NCBI GenBank assembly: GCA_033442325.1
Contig: JAWQFM010000004.1
Span: 2,454,199 to 2,518,198, forward strand
Origin: Salpingoeca rosetta
Taxonomy: Eukaryota > Protista > Choanoflagellata
Direction: 5' to 3'
DNA: 64,000 nucleotides
Positions 33,171 through 45,594 of the stretch are shown here, one piece after another (position 1 is the first letter of the stretch; each line of letters starts with the position of its first letter). A program made the position numbers and the translations under genes. The notes beneath the pieces are model-generated. The model saw only the letters and a list, made by a program, of their open reading frames with translations. It ran no database searches and was not told the DNA's origin.

Positions 33171-33379
33171 GATTGTGTTGCGCGCGCCTGTGTGTTGTGT
33201 GCGTGTAAGTCCGCGCGCGCGTGTGTGTTGATTGTGTGGGGGTAAGTGTGTGATGTGTGTGGGTGTGATCGTATTCCCGCAAGAATGCACAAACGGTGGG
33301 TGATGGTTTTGTCTCTTTGACCAAATGCGTCATCACCACCACCAACATCTCCGCCATCGCCACGATTATCGCCACCATC

Positions 33380-33499
33380 CAGCGCACCTGCAATGATGCC
33401 TGTGAGGAGGTCACCAGAGCCCCCAACCGCCATGCCGGGATTGCCACCAACAACGACGCGCGTGCGTGTACCGTCAGTAACAATTGTGCCCGCGCCTTG
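33380..33499 (-). pseudogene. Isolated exon-sized fragment of NAD(P)HX dehydratase (NnrD/YjeF-C), bacterial-type signature
   Basis: [39 protein letters not shown] matches the KGAGTxI...GNPGMAxGGSGDVLTGIIA motif. No other exons found; a gap lies upstream. Confidence 0.7.
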
Positions 33500-33565
33500 C
33501 ATGCAGTAGTAGCAGAGGGGATGAAAATGCGTGATTTGATTGTGAGAAGGCGTACATGTTTGCGG

Positions 33566-33609
<44 letters not shown>

Positions 33610-33625
33610 GCGTGTGTGTGTGTGT

Positions 33626-33656
<31 letters not shown>

Positions 33657-34234
33657 CGTGTGTGCGTGTGCGCGTGTGTGGTGCGTTTCATTGCACGTGT
33701 ATTCGTTTGTTTGATTGGTTGATTGGTTTGTCTGCTTCCCCTCTGTTCATGCGTATGTACATGTGCATGTGTGCGTATGTGTGCGTNNNNNNNNNNNNNN
33801 NNNNNNNNNNNNNNNNNNNNNNNNNNNNNNNNNNNNNNNNNNNNNNNNNNNNNNNNNNNNNNNNNNNNNNNNNNNNNNNNNNNNNNTGGACGAAAACTCC
33901 GTGCAGTACCTGCGGCAGTTGGAGCCGCTGCTGCTGGTGAAGTGGGCGTGCCACGGCGTGAGCGTGGACCTGGACCACAACCAGCATAGCCACCTTGTGC
34001 ACATTTCGAGCTGTCCATGGGGTGTTATCTATTTGGCGATTTGACCGTCGAAACTGAACGGCGTTAATGTAAGTGCAAATCGGAATAAAGACAACACGAA
34101 AACAGAAAGAAACCGAGACAGAAGGGGCAGCACAATCGCAAAACAAACAACAGCAGTCAACGTAGATGCAAACGAAGAAACTATTGTGTGTTTTGGAACG
34201 AAGAGAGATAGTCTCTCTCTCTCTCTCTCTGTGT

Positions 34235-37200
34235 TTACCCCTGAAGCTGCGGCTGCCACACGCGCACAGTGCCGTCGCCGCTTCCAGACATGACTTGATC
34301 CTCGCGCGCCAAAAATGCAACTGAACTGACCCAGTCACAGTGACCTTTGCAAATAGCAACTTGATTGCCGGTTGAGAATTGCCAGAGTCGTACGGTTGTG
34401 TCACGACTTCCTGAAACGATGAGTCTGCCGCTTTGCGAAACGCGGACGGCGTTGATCCAATTGGTGTGGCCGGTGCAAGCTCTGATGAGACGTCGAGTGT
34501 GCACACACCAAACACGAATGGTGCAGTCACGACCACCAGATACGACATGTTCACAATCTGGAGTGAAGGTGACTGAGTGGACAAAGTCTGTATTGCCTTC
34601 GCACACACCCACTTCCTGCAAGAATTCTGGTTCCGATTCGACGTTCACTTTGAACAGTCGAACTTCACGTTCACGCCCCGCAGTGGCAAAGAGGTTCTCA
34701 GCTCCGAAAGCAACAGACATGACCCACGCAGGACGCTCAAAGCACTGGGGCGGTTCTTCTGGCTTCTGCAAGTCCCACACCCGCAGCACGTGTTCTTTGC
34801 CTCCAGAACATATGAGAGCGTTCGAGGGGCTCAAAGCAATCGTGGCGACACAACCCTGATGCCCTTTCAACTCCCGAACGAGTGTTGCTCCTCTCGCGAT
34901 GTCCCACATGCAAATTGTTTGGTCCCGACTCGCAGACATCAACAATGGGACGCGCTGAGTACCACCTGACCTGACAAACGCCAAAGCGTAAATGTAGTCA
35001 GAGTGAGCATGCCAGTGCAGTTGTGTTTTGCCTGTGTTAGCGTCCCACAAATAGATATGCTTGTCTTCGCCACCGGCAGCAATCAGCTCACCGTCTGGAC
35101 TGGCAGCCACGGCCCGAATCGTTTGCAGCGGTGACGTGCTTGTATCACGCTTCGCTTCAATGTGCCAAAAACGCAGTGTGTTGTCCCCACTGCCAGACAC
35201 GATTTTGCCATTTGATAGGAAAGCCACACAGCTGACCCAACTGACGTGTCCAGAAAAACAAGCGATGCGCCGAGGTTCTGAGATGGAACCAATGTCCCAC
35301 ACACGCACTTGCTTGTCCTTGCTTCCAGACGCCAAATGCTTGCCGTTGCAGCTAAATGCGACGCATAACACCCAGTCCGTGTGCCCTTCCAAAGTTGTCA
35401 GGAGGCTGAGGCCCTGCGTGCTCATCTTCCACAGCCGCACGCACTTGTCGCGGTGACCGGACGCAAGCAAGCGTCTGTCATCCGAGATTGCCAATGAGTG
35501 AACGATCGATGCACATAGTGTCGCGAACTCTTGGCCTTGAGCTTGGCCTTGAGCGGTGTCCCAAATGCGAATAAATTTGTCAGTGCGAGCAAAAGCACAA
35601 ACGTTGCCGTCTCTGCTTGTTGCCATTGCTTCAACTCGATACTCCTGTGTGTGGCAATAGGCTGTCATGGCACAACTGAAGTTGCCTGATTTGGGGCTCT
35701 TCCTCCAAATGCGTACACGTCCTCGACGATCACCAGACGCAATCTGGGCGCCATTGCGACTGGTCACCACAGATGTGACAGCAGCAGCAGTAGCAGCAGT
35801 GTCGGGATTGAGCTCAGACAAAGTTTCATCATCCTGGTGGATTTGCCAGACTAGAATCGTGCCGTCACCATGGCCAGACACAATCGTTGATCCATCAGAG
35901 CTAGCCGCCACGCTAGCCACTCGCCCATGGCAATGATTGATCGTTGGGCATTGCTCACCGGTGCATGTGTTCCAGACGCGTAAAGTTGCGTCATCGCTGC
36001 CAGAAACAATGAAGTCACCAGCTACGGCAACGGAGGTGACGGCGGCTTGATGGCCTGCAAGCCGCAACAACGACATTGGGGGTGAATCAAGAGGCAGCCG
36101 AAGAACTTGCTTCGCATGATTTGAAGCCCGCCACAGCCAGTTGGACGCCATGGAATCATGTAAGCATGAGTTGAAGGGAATGTTGGCGACAAAATGAGCA
36201 CAACCATCCAACGTCAACGGTTCAGGAACCCAGTATGTTCCAAATACACGCGATGTGTCCGTCAGTAGATGGCTGAGTTGGAGACAATCTTTCACCTGAC
36301 TTACGGCAGCAGCTGTGACTGGCAGCTCCCTCTGAAACGACCACTTCCTGCCCATGGTGTGCGCTTGCAGCAGCAGCCATTGTGCAAAGGCAGTTGTCGC
36401 CTCATTGGATGAAGGGTACACTTCATCTCGGGCCTGGGCTGCTTCTTCCTCTTTGCGCTTTTGCACGAAGCATGAATTCCATCCGTCAAGGGCTTCTTCA
36501 CATCTGCATAACACCCTCTGCATGCTGTCGCTTTGCGAATACGATGGCAGCCTTGCATCTTGAACTGCCCTGCCACACTGCGCTAAGTGCACGTGCCCAT
36601 ACTGAAGGGCGTACACCACTACGGGCTCCTGGGGACTTTGTTCTTCAATCAACGTTGCCTCTGCCTCGCTATCACAAAATGCCAGAAGATCCCTGTCTTG
36701 CAGCACCCTCAGGCACGCGCGAGCGAGGATGGCGTGGCCTTCCCGCTCGTCCACAAAGTGAGGGCCAGCTCGCTGCTTGTCGGTGAGGAAGTCATTGACG
36801 GTCTTGTGTAGCGGCTCAATCACGTCGTGCTTGCTGCTGGCGGAGAAGAGAAGCGACAGCGCGCTCAGTAACTGGTGCGTCAGTACCTTGTTCTGCACCC
36901 GACCACCACCACACAGCTCATGCAGATCACCTACAGGCAGCGGCTGACGGGAAGCCACAATCACCGCTAACACATCGCGCAGGGCACCCTGCAGCAAGTG
37001 CAGCACTGCCAGCCCTTTCGCGTCATCAGCGTGCGGTAACACATCCGCAATTTCGGCTGCTGCGTGCTTGAGCCTTGCATGGATGCGGTCAAGAGTCTTC
37101 GTGTACGTGCGGTCAATGAAGCTGCCGCTGGTGCTGAGCAGGTCTCCGACATCACTCACGGTGAGCGAATGCCTCTGGTTGGCATCTGCATTGGCAACAG

Positions 37201-39210
37201 CATCGACGATAAGCTTCCCAGCCAAGAACACACCATCGGCTTTCTCAACTATCATGTTCACGGCCTCTTCTTGCTCAGCGTGCTTCAATTTGCACAGGCT
37301 GGTCTGCTCGATGATGGTGTTGTGTACGAACATCTTCAGGTCGTCCCGTTGCTGCTCATCCTGCCGGTCGATGGTGAACGGGTCAAGATTCTTGAAGAAG
37401 GCGAGGATGTCCTCCTCCGGGCGCGATGTGACAACGAATCGTACACATGGCGGGAGCAACTGTAACTGCCCGCCCACCAGACGCAGGAACTTCGTGCGGC
37501 TGGTACCATCACGCAGCTCGTCCAACGCGTCAATCAGGACAAAAACATCACCTGCTGACTGTGGTCGCTTCTTAAGCGCTGCCTTGAGAGGATTTGCCAG
37601 GACGTTTTCAAACGCATCTTTCAAGCAGTCATGAATGCCGGCTGCATGTTCTGTGAAGATGTTGCGCCTCTCCACGTTAGCGCCTTGAAGAATCGCTCTA
37701 TATTCCTCACGTAGCTCAGGCAGCTGCGTTGCAAGCCGAAAAGCAAGGGTGTTGATGGCCTTGAGCGGGTTGTTGCGCGCGACGTCGTCGTGCTTGCAGA
37801 AGAAGTGAGCTGCAATCAGAGGTTTGTCATCGCCATGATGACTGTCGCCGCCGCTTTGCGCCTCGCTCCCATACCGCTGCACAAGCTGGGCTGCAATCAC
37901 ACTCTTGCCGAGTCCACCCGTGCCCCGAATCCAGAATACACGCTTGTCTTGGTTGCTCAAAGACTGACTTCGTTTCGGCCGCTTTGGACTGTGAATATCT
38001 GGGTCGTGCATGGCCCACGCTTCAAATGCATCGAACACCCATTGTCGCGTCCCTTCTGCGAATCTCCGCTGGTGTTGGAGCAGATCCGTACCAAAGTCGG
38101 CAGGGCACAACGCCCTGCGCAAGGCGAGGTCCGCAAAGTGGCGAGGGTCTGAACTTAAGTGGTGCAGCACAGCCTCTGCCATTGAGGGGTGTCCATTGAT
38201 AAAACTCTTGAAGGCGTGCACGGTGGTGGTGTCCCGTGTTCCATTCTTACCGGCGAAGAACGAGTAGATGCTTGGCTCGTCTATCAAACGAGAACAGGTA
38301 GATTGCGTGTCAAGACAATCGATGTTGGATTCCATGGCATCAAGCAACACTTGCACTGGTACCTGCTCCTGGCCGATTTGCTGAACGTAGAAATCTATCG
38401 CATCACGTGCGCGCAAGTCCTCCAAGCAGTCGAACGAGGCGGGTGGTGCGGAACCGTGAAGGGATGTCATGATTGTTGTAATAGAAGTGAAGGTGTTCTT
38501 GAGTTGACTGGCTGCTTTGTTTATCGCGTCGTGTGTGTGATTGCTGCACACAAAGCGTTTGATCGCTTCGAGAGGTCCTGAGTTCCTGCTCAATTCATGT
38601 CGAACAACCCGATCTGCAAACCAAACATTGTCAAGAAATTCCTCAAAGAGGTCCTCGAAATGATACCGCTTGCCGGGCTTGTCCAGCTTTCTGAGCTGTT
38701 CGACAGCCCAAGGTACAAGTTTCATGTCGCTGATTAAGTGCAGTGTGTCTGTCTCATTGTCGTCAAGTGTTCTGTTTCGTTCTTCGGCATCCCGACTCAA
38801 GCTGACTAGAGAGAGCACTGCAGCAACTGGATTGCCTGCCGAAGCCACAAGGTGGGCACCCTGTTGTTCTCTTGCCCAAGAACGAAAAGCAGCAATCAGC
38901 GTCTGGTGCCGTGTTTTCACTGGCTTGAATACCCAGGCCTCCGCGAATGACGCGTCTCTGAGCCCCAGCTCATTCAAGAACTCGAGCCTCTCTTCGACAA
39001 CGCGGGGGTAACGCAAAACAGTGTCTCAGGCGCCCTGCTTGGTGGATTGAAAGTTTAAAACTGCGTTGCGAGAGGTACATTGCCTTCATCAGCAGTCTCC
39101 ACCAGCTCCTTTCCGGTCACACAGCAGAGGGCGTCAGATAGGCTTTCAAGCCCATGTCCCTGAAGCCATCTAGTGAGTTCTTGCGCGCGAAGATGCTTCA
39201 CCTCCTCCAT
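34235..39210 (-). CDS. STAND NTPase, NLR-like: SAM-like N-terminus + NACHT + ~13-14 WD40 repeats; intronless, two apparent homopolymer frameshifts near the 5' end
   Basis: EGTRQWVF, Walker A GTGGLGKS (37901-37924), AHFFCKHDD, Walker B VLIDALDE (~37517-37540), VVTSRPE, ADGVFL, LHKTVNDFLTD, then GH...SGS.D...WD repeats. Probable true start is ATG 39210 (MEEVKHLRAQELTRWLQGHGL). Confidence 0.93.
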
Positions 39211-39607
39211 TGCTGCTTGAAAATTGCTTTTGGCGCTGAAGAAAATGGATGCTGGCAACTCACAGTTGGACTGGAGCTTTGAGGATGTGTTCACACTTGT
39301 GGGCGTTCCTGGCCAATTTGATCAAAGCAACAACGTTGCCCAATCGGGAAGTAGGCTTCTCAGAGCCTGCCGCTCAGAAAAAGTTTCTTCTGCAGGCAAG
39401 AGTTTGCCTCAAAGCAGCAGGTGTTGAGGAAAACAGTAGTTTGGGCTGCGTCGTTTTGACCCGTTGTCACCGGCCCACCTTTGTCAACAAGATTCCCATA
39501 AATAGAAACAGAATCCTCGAAATACGAAGTTCTCAAATGAGCACGAATTTGACGGATGTTTGTTGTCACGACGTTTTCACTTTCCCCCTGATTGGTTGGC
39601 CGTCAAC

Positions 39608-40453
39608 ATGGCTGTTCCAAACCCTACACGGTGTGTGTACGTGTATGACGTTCCAACAACCGCTGCACCAATCCCACTCCATCATCAATTGTACGCTTCT
39701 TGGGATGGTGCATCCCAAGCAGCTCGAGACCATGTATTTGGTCAAGCTGAGGGAGCTGGCCTTACCCCAACACCCGTGAGCATGCCTCATGGCTTCTCCC
39801 TTCGCACTCAGCTGACGAACAGCCAGTTTCCCAACGCAAGTGCCCGACCTCAGCCCTTTCCTTTCAACGTTCACGCCAGGTAAGTACTTGCTTCCGCATT
39901 TTGAACAGACACAGCAACACAAAGCCAGCCCACTGCATACACTTGTCACCCGAGAACCATTGAGTGCCGGCGTCATGACCGCGTGCTTTATGAATCGAAT
40001 TGTTACAGGTTTGATCCACAACACATCTCTGGCCAGCTGTTTTGGGGAACTGAGGCAGCAGCAGTCACATTTCACGGAACGGAGCAAAAGCCAAAGCACA
40101 GGAAGAAGGACAAGAAGAAAAGAAGCAAAAAGAAAACTGTCAAGTGGTGTCGAACCGAAGACGGCGCTCACATCCAAGCTTCAGGTGCCAAAGTGCTCTT
40201 ATTCTTCGCACTCACCGGCAATATGAGCAAGGCTGTGTACTCCGCCATGTATCGGTGGAATGTCCAGTACCCAAACAATCGCTGGGAAAGCTCAAGCTGC
40301 ACAGGATCTTACGTCCTTCAGCAGATGCCTCGTGGGGCGACCACTCGAGAGATCTCAGACGGTACACTGCGCTCTTTGCGTGACGAAGGATGCTATGGAC
40401 GCGGTGGATACTTGGGCTTTCTCAACGTCCAGAATTACCAGCAGTGTCCGTAG
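39608..40453 (+). CDS. Hypothetical 238-aa protein, two exons (39608-39879, 40009-40453), with Lys-rich NLS-like patch
   Basis: ATG 39608, strong donor AG|GTAAGT at 39880 and acceptor TTACAG| at 40008 join in frame (…VHAR FDPQ…). Contains KPKHRKKDKKKRSKKK. Confidence 0.65.
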
Positions 40454-41701
40454 TTGCCTGAAGTGAAGTGAGGATGTGGTTGATGATGTGATTGTTTGTT
40501 GTTGTTTCTTTGGTTTGTGTTCTTCGCGCCTGTTCGTGAAGCTCAACCTGCCGTTCCTTAAACTTTGTTGGATGCGAGTTTGTGAAATGATACCTTGAAG
40601 TTTTTGGTTAGTAGTGGAGTGGCTGTGTGTTTGTTGGACTTTGGGAAAGGTCTTGCTGTTGACTCTGTGGGAGACGTTGTCGCAGATAAAGAAGACAAGG
40701 TGATAAGATAAGTGACACAACGAAGCACGGGAAGTAGAGACAGGCACAAGGTCGAGAGAGGAGTGCGGGGATTCGGATCTTGTAGTGTTTCTGTTCTTGG
40801 TCAAGAAGGGTTCCATTCTGTTGTTTGGTTCTCAACTTGAAATGGCCCTGCACTCCGAGACTCCGAGCGGACCAGGCTTAGAGGCTTTGATGTTCGCGAT
40901 TGGTATGTTGTGAAGTGCAATTTTTTCCTGTTCCACGGACCCCTGTTGAAGTAGAGATGTGCTGTTCTTCGGAGCTCAACAGGCTCACGAGTATAGTCGC
41001 CCAACACCCTTTCGTGTTCAAGTCGTGACACATTGTGTTGCTTGTTGGTGTGAAGGCAGAAAGCTCGTTCGAACGAAGATTCTCAATGCGCGCTGGCAAT
41101 GTTGTGGTAATTCATTCCTTCATTCATGCTACCAGGTACCACCTTACCACTGTGGCCTTGTCTGGCGTGCTGTGAGGTGCGGCTGCCGTTGGCGTCGTTG
41201 TGTATGGGTATTGGAAAGTGACCAAAACTAAGAAACTAGTGGCCGCATGACACCAGCACCTTCAAACAGCGGTGAGATGACACATGGTGTAGCGTGAGGG
41301 AGAGGAGCAGCGCTGACCGGGCTCTGAATGCAGATGCAATCCCTTTCCACCTTCCGACTGTCGCTCATTGCCCGTGTACCACATTTGTGTGTCCCTGTGA
41401 ATACATTCTATCAACTTGGCTTCCGTAACAGAGGAAACAGAGGCGGATGCTTCTCCTTCTTTAACCGACCGCAGGACCGCACCACGTCTGCTGACTCCGG
41501 TGTGGACAGCCAGCGGACCCTTGCGGGAGGAAGGACACGATACAAGAATGTCCACGCTGACTGTGGACTGGAGTGATGAAGCAGGATATATGAATGACAT
41601 GNNNNNNNNNNNNNNNNNNNNNNNNNNNNNNNNNNNNNNNNNNNNNNNNNNNNNNNNNNNNNNNNNNNNNNNNNNNNNNNNNNNNNNNNNNNNNNNNNNN
41701 N

Positions 41702-41739
<38 letters not shown>

Positions 41740-41867
41740 TGAGTGAGTGCGGATAGATACAGCGTCAAGTAGTGTGTGCAAGGCACAAAGGCATGCAGTT
41801 GTGAACAACGAGAGCATCATCAAGCTAAGCAAAAGACGCGCGTCGCAAGCAGGGCTGTTGCTTGTAC

Positions 41868-42669
41868 CAGTGGAATGCGGTCGCTGACAAACTGGTTGAA
41901 CGAGTTGCGCTCAAACCCTGCCAGGAGGCATGGCATGGCATGAAGATGAGCAGCTGCTGCACACCATTCGAGGCACAGACAATGACACGACCAAGGGCGC
42001 GCACACGCACAAACACGAACACTCACACATGCACACGTGCACACGCACACACATACGTACACATGAACACTCACACATATGCACAAGACACATACACACA
42101 GCCCTCCCTCACCGATCTTGGCCTCCTCTTGTGCTTGTGGGGTGTTCTGCAGTTCGAGGGCTTGTCTCCTCATGCCTTCATGATGCGCTGCGAATGGGGC
42201 TGGGAAGTATGGCTCAGGCAACCCCTGATGAAAGCGGCAGCGCGAGGGTGAGTCCACGGAGAAGTGAGTTGAAGGAGTTCAAAGGTGATGGTGATTTCAG
42301 GCGAGGCATAAGAGAGAGACAGAGAGACAGAGGTGCAGAGAGAGACAGAGAGACAGAGACAGACAGACAAAGAGAGAGAGAGGGGGGAGGGAGGGAGCAC
42401 ACTCAACGAGACAACACATACACACCCACACATCAACACACACACACATCCACACACATTCACACACACACGCACAACCATCCACACACGCACAACCATC
42501 CACACACGCACAACCATCCACACACACACACCTGCTGGTTAAGTGGAAGGTGTGCGTATGCATTGTTGGACGGATCGCCCCTGTTGAAGAAGAGTACGCA
42601 GCCTGTCACAAGCGCAGCGAGCACCACCATGCGCCGTGGGCTGCACAGCCACCACCGGCGCCCAAACAT
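41868..42669 (-). CDS. GALNT: Polypeptide N-acetylgalactosaminyltransferase (GT27), first three exons; rest lost in gap 41602-41701
   Basis: Type II TM start MFGRRWWLCSPRRMVVLAALVTGCVLFF, a stem exon, then exon GFERNSFNQFVSDRIPL matching the GALNT FNxxxSDxIPLxR motif. In-phase GT-AG junctions. Confidence 0.7.
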
Positions 42670-42982
42670 CGTTCCGCGTCTTGTCTGTGTGCGTGTGTGT
42701 GTATCTTGTGTATGTGCGTGTATGTGCGTCCTTCAACGTGCCTCTAACTCTGTTTGTCCCTCGTCTTGTCCCCGGTCCTTCGCTGCTGTATCTGTAGTCG
42801 AGGCCCCTTGTGCCGCTCCCTTGCGTTGCACGCTGGCCAACCCTGCACTGGCAAGACCAACAAGGTACACGGTGGGAAGGTCGTGTGTGTTGTGTTTGTC
42901 AAAGGCGGCGAAAAGTCCTTCCACAGCAGAAACCGTTCCGCAACTTGATTTCAACTTGTGCTGTCGTGTTTGACCAGCGAAT

Positions 42983-45130
42983 ATGGCGGGTCGTCGTAGC
43001 TCTGCTGGGCTGCTGGTGTGTTTCCTGGTGGCGCTGTCACTGGCCACGCTGGCGTTTCTCTTCTTCTCCGTGCTCCTGGGCTTGCCTCTCACATCCATCG
43101 GCGATCCCACCAGCCGCAGCAGCAGTGACAGTGGCAGCGGCAGTGGCAATCACCACCTCTTTGATGACGACGTGCTGTTGTCGCTGTCATCGAATCACAA
43201 GCCAGCAACCAAACGCGTGGCGATGATGATGGGTGTGCCTGCAGGCATAGACGATGATGTTGTGGCTGACATCGTTGACGACTTCGACAACCTTGAAGAC
43301 GAGAAGCAGAGGACAGGCGGAAGTCATAGCCTGCTTCAGGGCGATAGCACGGCTGACAAGGCAGCTGACAAAGACACGTACCCTCGCGTGCTGGTGCTGG
43401 TGCTGGCAACGGCTAGTGCCGAGAGTGTTGAGCGGGTGCAAAGCATCGTGCGGCACTGGCCCAATCACCCAAACGTCGACTTGGCCATCGTCGCCCGCGG
43501 GCTTGAGCTGGACGACATCCTTACACCCACAGCAGCCGCGGAACCACCAGCACAACAACGGCAGGGCAAGGTGATGTTCCTGCACGTTCCAGAAGAGGTG
43601 GACGTTGTGCCACGCGACCAGCTCCGGCTCAAGGTGTTTGCCATGTGGCAGACAGCAGCAAACCTGCACGGCGACAACTACGACTTCTTCTTCAAGGTTG
43701 ATGACGACACCTTTGTGGACGCGCTCGCGCTCCTGGCCATGCTGAGCCATTTGGACGCAAGCAAGCACGTGTACCTTGGGCGTCGCGCAGGGCTTGTGCA
43801 GCTGCCGCGTGCCTTGGCCAAACACATCCCGCTCTCCTTCCTGGTCCCTACAGAGCCGAGCCACCTCCTCTTCTACCACGGCGGTGGAGGCTACATTGTG
43901 TCTCGGCCACTCCTGCAAGCCATGAGCCGGCACCTCCCAGCGTGCACGCAGCTGCCGCACCCCTGGGAGGACGCGGCGTTTGCCGTGTGCGTGGTCGTGG
44001 CTGTTGGGGCGGTCGACCTTGAAGAACTGCCCGGGTTCGACCCGTTTGTCAACGGCAAGGACGATCGAGCCAACGAGAAGGTGCTGGACAAGTTGCAGGC
44101 AACGACGGAAACCACGTTCAAGGTGCCAAGTCTCTTGCTGCACGTCTCCTTCCACTCTGTGACGCCAACGCTGGCTGCCAGCCTCGCTGCTCGCCTCAGA
44201 CCCTTGCACGCGTCCACACCGCTGCCGCGCCTGCGCGCTGCCTGGCGCGCTTACATGCGAGCGAACCGCCTCGTCTACAGCATCAACGCCGCCTGTAGAG
44301 ACAGCGATGGGGCGCTGCAAGCACATGAGCAGACGACATGCTTTTCCAACGCGTTTCTGCTACGCCCGCGCCTGCTGCAGCACTTCAACACAGAGTCGCC
44401 CGAATACTGCTTCCCTCCAAGCGACAGTGGTGTTGGCAGCCGACAATCCGCGTCTTCAATACTCACAACGGCAACAGAAAGTCCTACAATTGCTGCCGCT
44501 TCTGCCAACGTGCTGACGGCTCTTGAGGCACACAAGACCAATGCCAACAGAGGTCACAACGGCGGCGTTGCTTCTCTCTCCCTGCCACAAAGATGCCAAC
44601 CACATGGGCGCCGAACACATCAGCGTGTTGTCTTGTTATGCGCCGCAACTGGGAGCCAAGATGTCTCTGCAACGAGTGGTACTTCTTCATCTGTGGAGCG
44701 TGTTGCAGACAGCCTGCGAGACATCATCCCAACGAGGGATGGAGACAAGGGGGAAGCGCAAACAGATTGCGTGTTGATTGTGGTTCTTGCTTGCAAGCAG
44801 GGCAGTGTGGATGGGAGCTGGGCAAGGCAACTCGACTTCACCTTGGCGTCCAGGCGCCACTGGCAGTACTCGCTGCTCGTGCTTGCTTCGCCACTGCTGC
44901 CCTCACCCGTGTTCTCCGATGTGCCGGCGGGCGCGTTTGAGGCGTGTAGGGCTGCTGCGCGTGCCGCTGTGCCGCTGTTATCACCACTGGTGACCACAAG
45001 TGCAAACACACGAGTCGTGCACGCACTCCTTCCCCCACACTCCAGCATATTTTATTTTCCATCGATGGCGCTGTCAGATAGCTTGTGGGCTGCCACATCC
45101 ACAACGCCCACCGCAGTTGCCGCACAACAA

Positions 45131-45180
<50 letters not shown>

Positions 45181-45478
45181 CTCCTGCTTGCAGGCAACGG
45201 GGCGGTGGTGCGCTGGCGTGAATGGCGAACACGTGCTGCTCATGCTTGGGTTGCATGACAGCAGCCCTGTGTTGCAGGAGTGTCCTCGCACAGCCAAAAC
45301 GCCGCGAATCTCACCGTTGGTGGTGGCTGCTGGGTCGTGGCAGAGCTATCATGTGTTTTTACATGCGCAGTTGCCGGGAGAGGGAAGGGCAATGCCGTCA
45401 GAGTGCAGCCTGGCGATTGTGCTGGTTGAGTTTGCCCGTCGCGTCTTGCCTGCATGCAACGCCGACGTGATTGTCACC
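42983..45478 (+). CDS. GT31 family (Fringe / core-1 beta-1,3-galactosyltransferase / chondroitin synthase-like) type II glycosyltransferase with long C-terminal extension; truncated by gap
   Basis: N-terminal TM, YDFFFKVDDDTFV (DDD motif), VYLGR, YHGGGGYIVSRPLL, WEDAAF, SFHSV. Intronless up to the gap at 45479. Confidence 0.9.
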
Positions 45479-45594
45479 NNNNNNNNNNNNNNNNNNNNNN
45501 NNNNNNNNNNNNNNNNNNNNNNNNNNNNNNNNNNNNNNNNNNNNNNNNNNNNNNNNNNNNNNNNNNNNNNNNNNNNNNTCCTCCGCCTCCTCCT

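Noticed and set aside
33886-34020. GC-rich coding-like fragment after the gap (DENSVQYLRQLEPLLLVKW)
   Set aside because: Too short and truncated to assign.
39024-39080. Intron linking the SAM-like ORF to the NACHT ORF
   Set aside because: The GTACCT...AAGCAG splice leads straight to GGC GCC TGA; two homopolymer indels explain the break better.
40460-41601. Short ORFs in the unique sequence at the island's right end
   Set aside because: No recognisable motifs or consistent splice model.
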